DNA from: Elsinoe ampelina
Lineage: Eukaryota
Reading direction: 5' to 3'
Assembly (NCBI GenBank): GCA_010093995.1
Contig: ML992507.1
Span: forward strand, 617,576 to 681,575
Length of the DNA: 64,000 bases
Made by a program: the position numbers and the translations under genes. The notes under the pieces were generated by a model. That model was not told the origin of the DNA. It did not search any database and saw only the letters and a list, made by a program, of their open reading frames with translations. How positions within the stretch are numbered: the stretch's first letter is position 1; each line of letters starts with the position of its first letter. This document shows positions 55,589-64,000 of the stretch, piece by piece.

Positions 55589-58321
55589 CTATTTCAACCC
55601 CAAATTCAACCAACTCATATCCTGTTTCGGCAACTCCTTGACCGGAGCCTTGCCCTCTTCTCTTCCGAATTGATTTGCATAATACGCGCTCGGTACCCCT
55701 CTAGGGAACACCGTGACCGTGCTCTCACGCTCTTCTCCATCCCGACCAGCAGCGCCCTGCTTGAACACCTTTGGCGGCTCGAGTGCAGGACTCACGTCGC
55801 CCCATTCCGATCCATCATAAGGATTGCTCTTGCGGACGCTGAGGCGATTCGAATCTTGACCTGGTGGCATGGGGAAGACAGCCGAAGTCTCTGGGCTGCG
55901 CAACTTGCCACCGCGACTTGAGGGCCCGAGGTTCTCTTTCGTGCCTGGGAAGAAGCCAGTGTTACCACGGGCGGATATGACGCGGCTGTCGTGGCCGTAG
56001 AAAGAGGCGGTGTAGTTCGAGCTCGGGGCACGGTTCTTATTGGGTGCGAGACCCCATGAGCCATCGTTCGGATCAGGTGTGTTGGCGGCCGAAGTGTTGG
56101 CAGAGCTGAGACCGACGGTGCCACTAGCATCACGAGTGGCGGTGAGGTTGTTGGGTTGAGAATGGCTGACAGTGAGCCCAGCTGGTGGCTTTACGTCGTA
56201 GGTATTCGACGTCTGACCACTTACTGGCGTCCAATTCGACGTTGAAGAAGGTTGGTGGAAGTATTCGCTCGAGTTGAAGGTGGAGTAAGTGTCGCGAGTG
56301 CGGCGAGATTCATCATCTTCATCGCTGCCCCAGCTGTCAACGCCTCGCGATGTCCAAGCTTCTGCGCCACGAACGCCCCCAACCTGTGCAGTCTGACCAC
56401 GGGCGGCTTCTATACTTGAGCCACGACGAGCAAGGTCTTCCGCGGAGTGGTTGAACGATGGTGAGCCGGTAGCCACACGCGATATGCGCTGCCCGTCTTG
56501 AGTCTTGTGGAAGTCGATGTCTAATGGCGGTACGATCACCGAAGAAGGGAACTGCGAAGGCATTGCTGGCCGTGAAGCATCTGTGTAGTCTGTGCCAACA
56601 GTGAAACCCGATGTGGTCGGGCCTCGATCGTATGCCGATGGAAGCTTGGTGCCATCGCCGTTAGCAAAGTACCTTGACCAGCCAGAGGAGCGCTTCTTGT
56701 CTGGCACGAGTTGTGATTCACGAGCGCCAATAGTCGATGCAGGAATGTATGGTGCGCCGGAGGCAGAGACGGGATGTTGCGAGACGAAGACCTCCTTGTC
56801 GCGTCCCCACATGTCCAACTCGACCGGACCCCGAATGTCGTTCTTCTTAACCGGCTTCGTGAGTGGTCGGGTAGACTCTGTGCTACCTCTGCCTCCATTA
56901 TTTGGTTGCAGGTTGCGGCTGCCTGTACGGCCGAGCTTGCCCGCGATGATGGCGAAGGAGTTGTGTGAGCTGTTGTGTTGAGTGAAGCGGTGATTGGGAG
57001 GTATTTGGGAGACGTCGACATGCGAGCCACCTGCTTCCTTCATAAAGGACGCGCCGCGGTCTTGGAAGGACATGCGGTCGCCCTTCTCGTCGATGTAGTT
57101 TGCCTGACGCCTCTTCTTCTGTCGTCGCCATCTGAGGAACAGGAGTGCGATGATGAAGAGAGCGGCGATACCGCAAAGAGTGCCAAGGGTGATTCCAAGC
57201 ACTCTGAGCATCCGTGGTCGATTCGAGTCGCCAGGGAGGATGGGCGGCGCTGAAGATGTAGCAGACGGTGCAGCAGAAGTAGAAGATGTTGATGGTCGTA
57301 CAGTGTTGCTTGAGGTCACTACTGGTGTCTGATTGTCGTTTGCCACGCCGTTGAAGAAGAGTCCATTGTCGACCCAAGTATTCTCAGCATTATTGAAGAG
57401 GTTGACAGGCGCGTCAGTGTTGCCACCACTGATGACCGCCATGCCTTGAGAGTTTTGCGTGACTGTGTAGTCTGATCGGACTGACTCTGGCGCCAGTGAG
57501 CTATTGTACGCCGGCCAGTTGTTCAATCGCAGATCTCTGGTCCGTTTTGACGAGCTGCGAATTGTTTGGCCAGTCTGCGCGGGGGTACCACCGGCGTTGA
57601 GGAGCACAATCTGCTTGATAGCATTGGGTGCTACAGTAGCGTCGTATGTGGTCAAGACCTTGCTGCCATCTGCACCATCCACGATGAGACCTTGTACAGC
57701 AGGAGCAATACCGTCTGTCAGCTCGGTCGAGAACTTGTTCCAACCTGACTCTGCATTAAAGAGCCACATTTCCTTGTTCCTCGTGTTGGAACCTATTAAC
57801 ACTGCGGAGCTGGTATCAAATGTGAGTAAAATGGGTTGGTTTCCTGGTGGTGCTAACGACGTGAATGATCGGATGTTGTATGGAGGTGAGAGGGAGATGA
57901 CGAAAGTCTGTGATGAGTAGTCTGATCGCGATTGGGGTTGTGAGCCAGCGTATACCAAGATGGAGTTTGCGCCAGGTAGATATGCAGCACTGTGGTCTGT
58001 CCGACCAACCATGTCTGGCGTCGGCGGCGTGAGCGTTTCCCATGATTTCGTGGAGAATGTGTATCGCTGAAGACCAGAGAAGTTGGACTCATCGGTGCTG
58101 CCTCCTATTACATAGAGGACAGCTTTTGAGTCGTCATTGCCAGGAGCTACACGAACACAGGCTGGATTCGTGACGGGAGTGCCCTGTTGTAGTTTTGACC
58201 ATGTCGCCTTCTGTTTGAGAGGTAGTGATTGGAATGAAGAGGATGAAAGGACGTAAAGAGTGTCGTTATCGATGGCCGAGCAATGTCCGTCCAGCGGCGA
58301 CTCGGGCCTGGGAGCGGACAT
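55589..58321 (-). CDS. Single-pass membrane protein with Kelch/galactose-oxidase-like beta-propeller region and disordered cytoplasmic tail, 910 aa
   Basis: Long ORF; kelch-like LYVIGG, GLQRY...W, ILVYAG, VISGG; TM VLGITLGTLCGIAALFIIALLFL followed by RWRRQKKRR. Confidence 0.8.
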   Translation of the reverse strand: MSAPRPESPLDGHCSAIDNDTLYVLSSSSFQSLPLKQKATWSKLQQGTPVTNPACVRVAPGNDDSKAVLYVIGGSTDESNFSGLQRYTFSTKSWETLTPPTPDMVGRTDHSAAYLPGANSILVYAGSQPQSRSDYSSQTFVISLSPPYNIRSFTSLAPPGNQPILLTFDTSSAVLIGSNTRNKEMWLFNAESGWNKFSTELTDGIAPAVQGLIVDGADGSKVLTTYDATVAPNAIKQIVLLNAGGTPAQTGQTIRSSSKRTRDLRLNNWPAYNSSLAPESVRSDYTVTQNSQGMAVISGGNTDAPVNLFNNAENTWVDNGLFFNGVANDNQTPVVTSSNTVRPSTSSTSAAPSATSSAPPILPGDSNRPRMLRVLGITLGTLCGIAALFIIALLFLRWRRQKKRRQANYIDEKGDRMSFQDRGASFMKEAGGSHVDVSQIPPNHRFTQHNSSHNSFAIIAGKLGRTGSRNLQPNNGGRGSTESTRPLTKPVKKNDIRGPVELDMWGRDKEVFVSQHPVSASGAPYIPASTIGARESQLVPDKKRSSGWSRYFANGDGTKLPSAYDRGPTTSGFTVGTDYTDASRPAMPSQFPSSVIVPPLDIDFHKTQDGQRISRVATGSPSFNHSAEDLARRGSSIEAARGQTAQVGGVRGAEAWTSRGVDSWGSDEDDESRRTRDTYSTFNSSEYFHQPSSTSNWTPVSGQTSNTYDVKPPAGLTVSHSQPNNLTATRDASGTVGLSSANTSAANTPDPNDGSWGLAPNKNRAPSSNYTASFYGHDSRVISARGNTGFFPGTKENLGPSSRGGKLRSPETSAVFPMPPGQDSNRLSVRKSNPYDGSEWGDVSPALEPPKVFKQGAAGRDGEERESTVTVFPRGVPSAYYANQFGREEGKAPVKELPKQDMSWLNLGLK

Positions 58322-59895
58322 GTGCGCGGTGAAGGAATATTAATTGGTATTCATGCAGTGTGAAGCGATGCCAGAACGTAATGAGATATCCAGAGGAGAG
58401 CAAACAGCGGAGTGTCACTGTGAATGTTGTATTGTCCGACCTGTCATTCGCATTGAAACATGTCGTCCGGTAAGTCAATGTAATCAGACTTGAGATTAAA
58501 AGCAATCGGTGCTCGAGTCGTGATCCAGTCACGGACGATATTGTCTGTCGCAGATACCAATGCTTCTCAATCGGTGGAGTGTGTCTCTGCTCTTTCTCGA
58601 ATAACAACCAGGCGTCGTGGGTCGAATGTATGGTCGAAGGATCAGGATAGGAGGCCGGCGGTGGTTGTTTCTTGATCGCGGGTCACGTCGCGTGCAGGGC
58701 AAACTTTTGTCCAGGCCGTTGCTGCGAAAAGAGCCGGCAAGGAATCGGGTGAGTCTCTAACGGTCCGGAGTGTGTTGTTCGAGGGTGGTATTGTATTTCC
58801 TTGGTGAGGTACGCAGTAACGCAAAAGTGGTCGAACCAGTCTCAATGAGGGTGTAGAATGTAAAAAAAGAGATGTCGCAGATCAAATCGAGGCAATGAGC
58901 GAGAGCAGCTGGACCGGCAGACGGCAAAGGGGATCTGCGCTGGGCAGTGTGTACGTTACGGAGGGTGAGGATGAGAGATGCAAGACCGTTTGGAGGACGG
59001 AGGGACAGGAGGTGCTCGCTCTGCTGCGCTCTGCTGCCAGTGTCGCTCCAGATTAGAGAGAAGGAGTGACAGTGGCTCGCCCGACCGTCTCTGACAAAGA
59101 AGCTAGCCCCCAAACAAGTCAAGTCTGTGGAGCGGCACGAGCGAAGAAACATGGCACTTGGGCGCATTGTTGGCCCCTGTCTTGTTCGCTCCTCTGCGAC
59201 TATGCCTTTTTCGTTCTTCTCCCGTTCGGTTACTCTGATCCTCACACACATGGCTTCGTCAGGGCTTCTCTGGCTTTTGGACAGAAACCGTTATCTTTCA
59301 AGGTCTCGGTGGTACAATATCCCAATACGATGGTTGCTATATTCAGCCTCATTCTCACGTGGCCATTTGTTTCTGTGGAAAATGATTGTTTGCCAATTCA
59401 TTTCACGCGGCCTTGTTGGTCCAACACTGCGCCGTCCCTTGACGAGTTCCCAAATCCCAACCCGCATGGCGACGATCTTCATCCTGGGGCTTTCAGCTTT
59501 TCAGGTACCATCTCGATGTCGCACAGCCTGACCGCCACTGTCACTGCATACGCGCCCGCTGAGAGAAAATTGCATCTTTTTCCCCCCTCAAATGCGCCAT
59601 CATCACTGTGGATGCAGATTCTCCACCATCGGCAGCATGCATGCACAACGTGCTCACTGACACCGCGTGTTAAGGGTTTCGCATAGACGAAGGCGACTCT
59701 GAAACGCAGCTAATCCGCGATCGACAGGTCCACATTCACACCAAAAAGAGCCAAGTCCGGTTCGTGGATCCGGGCACAAACCATCAAGATCCCTGCAACT
59801 TCCCATTATCCAAGTCTTACATCACAAATCTGATAAGACGACAAGCATCTCATGGTCGTCGAGCAATTCCATGCAGTGGGTATATCTATCACTCT

Positions 59896-61935
59896 CTACG
59901 GTCCACCATTGGCTTCGGCCGCCTCCTTCTCCTTCTTCCACGCCTGCGCCATCTGCAGCAGCTTGAGTGTCTTTGCAGAACTCTCATCGTCGGCGGGGAA
60001 GACGTAGTCCATATACTCCTCGAATTCGTTCTCGGCCAGCTTCCTCCGCTTCTTGACCCGCCGGGGCATTTGCTTCTCCACCTTCTCGATATCTTCCGCA
60101 GAACCATGAGTCTGCTCGAATGACTTCCATGCATTGAGGAGTGCAACTCGCTCGTCTTTCTGATCAAGATCCTTGAATGTCTTGTGCGCTTTGGTGAAGA
60201 TCTTCCTTGCTCGAGCTTTGGCTTCCTCGCTAATGGGTTTCTCTTCGTCCTCTTCCGCTTCATCGTCGCCCTCATCGGGCACGTTGATCTCGAACAGTGC
60301 GTAGCTGATCCAGACTTTGACGTGATTGGTCTTGGCGAGCAATCGCTCATACAGCGCTCTCGTACGGTCATACTCTCCTTCTTCTTCCTCAAAGTCGATG
60401 TATGCTTTCCAGAGCAATTCCGGCATATCAAGCTGGGGCTGATCGACTGCAAGCTCAAAGATGGCTCTCGCCCTGTCCACATCATCCAATCCGCGCTCCA
60501 GCTCAGCAAATTTGATCCAAGCTTGGCAATTAGCAGAGTTCCACTCAATCTGTTTCTCGTAGATGGTCCGACACCGCACAAACTCGAACAGCTTCAATTC
60601 AAGCTCGACGTACCCTCGGAATAGCTTGTCTTTCGGGCACATACCGATGGCCTGTCCAAGTGTCTTCCGAGCTTGTTGAAGTTGCATTTGTCGGACCTCG
60701 AATTGGGCCTTCATGATCCAAACCTTGGCAAACGTGAATCGTTTGTGCGGTATGAGCTTCAAGCATTCACCGTATACCTGTCTCGCTCGTTCCGCTTCGT
60801 TGTTGTCCAGTTCCTCCCAGAGGGCGTAGAAGATCCAAAGGTAGATGTACCGCCGCCAGTGCCGTTTCTCCTGGCTCGAAGGTACCTGCGCAATCGCCCT
60901 TTCGTACACGTCTCGTGTTCGTTCGGTATCGCCTGCTGACTCCTCTAGTCGTGCATAGTCAAACCAGGCATCGTAGTCCTTGGAATTTTCCTTGACGAGC
61001 TCCTCGTATTGCACCCTTCGTTTTGAAAGGACTACGTCCTCCACGCCTTCCCTGTCACCGGATTGCTTCTCGAATGTCGTATAATGCTTGTGGAGGATTT
61101 GACTCTTGCTTCTCGGCATGCGGTCCAGTGCATACTTGTAGATTGCTCGAGCTCGCTCGTACTCCTTCAGCTTCGCCTCGAAACGGGCGTAGGCAATGAA
61201 TACTTTCTCGTCGATAAAGTCGTCGCCCAAAGTCTCGATAGCCATGCCGAATACCTCCCTGACCAGATCACTTGTGCCGTTTTCCTCCTCAAACCTTGTC
61301 CACTTCAACCAATTCCTCGGCTCCGGGTGTACGATCGTGAATCTCTCAAAGATCGCCCTCGCCCTATCGAACTCGCCATATCTCTTCTCCAGCTTGATGT
61401 ACGCAGACCAAGCATTCTCGTCAGGCTCCCAGCTCATCCACCGCTCAAACACCTGCCTCGTCCCTGGGATGTTTCCCAGCGTCTCCTCCATGTACACATA
61501 CTTGTACCACAGCTTGTCGATTCTCGGCAGGATAGTCACTGCTCTGTCCAGCAAATTTCTCGCATGGTTGATGTTTCGATTCTTCATCTCGGCCTCGACA
61601 TACTTGATCCAGAGCGGAACATGCGTCGGATCCACGTCCAGCGCTCGCTCGAACACCGACCTGGCGCGACGATACTCTTTCTGCTCCAGCTCCCATGCCG
61701 CATACCGGGCCCAATTGCCCATGTTGAGTCTGTTGCGCCGAACATAGTCCTCGAATGTCTTGCGTTGTCGACCTTGGTATTCATGAAGTTCTTCGAGATC
61801 CGCAAATTTCGTGGTCGGCGCTTGTAGAGCAGGCTCCTGACGATCCACAGCTTCACGAAGAAGTTGTTCGGCGCTGATCTGAATGGGCGCCGCGGCCTTG
61901 TTCTTGACCCTGGGCGGGCCGCGAGAGGACTCCAT
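59896..61935 (-). CDS. CLF1: Pre-mRNA splicing factor Clf1/Syf3/crooked-neck (HAT repeats), 679 aa
   Basis: [63 protein letters not shown]. Confidence 0.97.
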   Translation of the reverse strand: MESSRGPPRVKNKAAAPIQISAEQLLREAVDRQEPALQAPTTKFADLEELHEYQGRQRKTFEDYVRRNRLNMGNWARYAAWELEQKEYRRARSVFERALDVDPTHVPLWIKYVEAEMKNRNINHARNLLDRAVTILPRIDKLWYKYVYMEETLGNIPGTRQVFERWMSWEPDENAWSAYIKLEKRYGEFDRARAIFERFTIVHPEPRNWLKWTRFEEENGTSDLVREVFGMAIETLGDDFIDEKVFIAYARFEAKLKEYERARAIYKYALDRMPRSKSQILHKHYTTFEKQSGDREGVEDVVLSKRRVQYEELVKENSKDYDAWFDYARLEESAGDTERTRDVYERAIAQVPSSQEKRHWRRYIYLWIFYALWEELDNNEAERARQVYGECLKLIPHKRFTFAKVWIMKAQFEVRQMQLQQARKTLGQAIGMCPKDKLFRGYVELELKLFEFVRCRTIYEKQIEWNSANCQAWIKFAELERGLDDVDRARAIFELAVDQPQLDMPELLWKAYIDFEEEEGEYDRTRALYERLLAKTNHVKVWISYALFEINVPDEGDDEAEEDEEKPISEEAKARARKIFTKAHKTFKDLDQKDERVALLNAWKSFEQTHGSAEDIEKVEKQMPRRVKKRRKLAENEFEEYMDYVFPADDESSAKTLKLLQMAQAWKKEKEAAEANGGP

Positions 61936-62298
61936 GTTGACTTCTTCTTGGACTTTATCACCAATAGAGGCCTGTTGGAAAGCTCAGGGAGCCCGCAGGC
62001 AACGTCAAAGGTATTGTGGTGTAAGTGAGGTTGGCAAAGTGAAGACCCAAACTTTTGGTGCCAAGCAAAGAAGGCGCGCTCGGAATTAAGCGTTTAAAGC
62101 CGATCGCAGAAATTCAAGACCTCAAGAATGGAGCTCCACCACTCGCATATTCATTTCCGCTTTCCTGTCATTCACTTCTCGAGTGCCACATCGGGCTGGC
62201 CGAGATAGGACGTCTTGAACGAACTTACAAAACACATCGAATCTGGACCGAGGGAACTCCCAAAGTGACGGGCGCTTCCGGCGCGACGCTCACAAATC

Positions 62299-64000
62299 AT
62301 GGCGACAGTCGCAGATGAACTATTGAATGATTTCGAGGACTCTGGATCGGAAGGCGAGCAAGAGAATGGCGACCGCGATGCACCAGATGATGGAATCAAT
62401 GGATCCTCCGGCTTGAACGGCAGCTCTCTGGCCAAACAAGTTCTGACAGAACTCGAGGACGGCGATGACGACGACGGACAAGATGAAGATGAAGAGATGA
62501 CCTATGACAAGCCCGGAGCAGAGATTGAGAATGAAGAAGAGGCCAAGGAGAAGGCAGCAAAGTTGCGCTTAGCTGGCGTGAAGGATGTCCGGAGTGTCGC
62601 AAGTCTGATGGACACGCTCAAACCTGTACTAGAGGTAAGTTAAACCCATCCTGCAAGCTCAAATGCATTTGCTAAAGCTTCATTCTCAAGAGTGACAACG
62701 ACTAACTTGGCCGTCGTGCTGCAGAAAATATCACATTATCAGAATCTACCACCAGACAAGCAGACCAAGAACATTGGTTCCATCGAGGACAATCCTGAGT
62801 ACAAGCTGCTCACACAGTCGAACACCCTCTCCACGCAAATCGACAGCGAAGTCATTCTGGTCCATAAATTCATCCGAGATCACTACTCTGTACGATTCCC
62901 GGAATTAGAGCGGCTTGTACAGAATCCGCTCGACTATGCAAAGACAGTCGCCATCATTGGGAATGGTCCGATGGACAACATTAAGCAGATGTCACAGTCC
63001 AAGGACAATTCAGTCAAGCAGGCACTCAAGGATGTCTTGAACGGTCCTACTTTACTCACAGTCACTGTTGAAGCGTCAACCACGCGAGGTCAACCACTGT
63101 CGGAAGGAGAGTTGTCTATCGTACTCGATGCTTCTGTCATGGTCATGGATCTGGACAAGGCCAAGAACATTCTCACGGGTTATGTCCAGTCTCGCATGAA
63201 TGTCTTTGCGCCTAACCTTACGGCATTGATTGGGTCGAAGACCGCCGCACAACTCATCAACTTCGCCGGAGGTATCAATGGTCTTGCCAAAACTCCTGCT
63301 TGCAATCTTGCGCCATTAGGATCCAAGAAGCAGGCTCAGTCCGGACTTGCTACCAACGTCGGCCTTCGCCATCAAGGCTTCCTCTACTTTTCGCCCGTCA
63401 TCGCCGAGACTGGTATTCCACAAGATCTGAAGAAGCAAGCACTTCGCATTGTCTCTGCCAAGACTGTTCTTGCAGCAAGAGTGGACGCTGCACATCAGAG
63501 CCCTGACGGCTCGACTGGCGACTCGCTCAGAGAACAGTGTTTGACACGCCTGGAGAAGTTGCAGCAGGCAGCGCCGAATCGAGGAGCACGTGCTCTACCT
63601 GCACCCGATGACAAGCCCGCGCGGAAACGTGGTGGTCGACGTGCGCGAAAGGCCAAGGAGGCTACAGCTATGACGGAGCTGCGCAAGGCACAGAACCGTA
63701 TGGCCTTCGGGAAGGAGGAGGCAGAGACTGGCTATGGTGCAGGCGACTCGACGAAGGGACTAGGCATGATCGGACAGACCGATACTGGCAGGATCAGGAA
63801 CACACAGATCGATCAGCGCACGAGAGCGAAGCTGAGCAAGAAGAACCCCGGCTGGGGTGGCGCAACGCCCATGGGAGGGGCGAAGAGCACATTTCAAGGG
63901 TTCGGTGGTGCTGCTGGCGGGAGTGCCAGCGTTATGCGCCAGTCTGGATTGAGAACCAGCGGCGTTGGCGGTGGCGGTATGAGCTCGGTCGCATTCACGC
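62299..64000 (+). CDS. PRP31: U4/U6.U5 tri-snRNP protein Prp31 (runs off window end)
   Basis: Exon 62299-62634, intron to 62724, then open to the end: EDNPEYKLL, HKFIRDHYS.RFPELE, APNLTALIG, KTPACN, ARVD, RKRGGRRARK, NRMAFG. Confidence 0.95.

Noticed and set aside
58322..59890. ORFs 58757..59251 and 59066..59686
   Set aside because: No protein-like features; region reads as the 5' UTR/promoter of the membrane protein gene.

Overview
Fungal (filamentous ascomycete, probably Dothideomycete-type) nuclear DNA with short spliceosomal introns; no RNA genes or CRISPR seen. Positions ~500-19,220 hold a dense array of 15 small, apparently intronless, highly diverged paralogous genes, 14 of them on the minus strand. 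All start Met-Cys and share an N-terminal Cys/His motif, MC-x8/9-C-x1/2-[HC]-x7/8-C-xn-[CH]-xn-CxxC, followed by variable tails. One 55-aa member is missing from the ORF track. A 16th gene carries only a helical C-terminal domain shared by six consecutive array genes. One member has an in-frame TGA exactly at a conserved Trp, and a GTGTNAC motif recurs about 150-240 bp upstream of many members. A GNAT acetyltransferase and a DAL5-type MFS permease sit inside the array. The rest is mainly conserved genes (NAS6, GLE1, SSD1, 2H phosphodiesterase, SFH1, TRP4, mitochondrial uL10, HIT, RAD51, NUP120, CLF1, PRP31). An accessory island at ~44.7-55.1 kb contains RIP-like pseudogenes (including a decayed orphan Met-Cys gene) and a patatin-NACHT-ankyrin NLR. 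Other oddities: RAD51 intron 2 has no usable GT/GC donor, and SFH1 has an 84-codon in-frame extension behind its TAG. All family assignments are from motif recognition by eye, not database searches.
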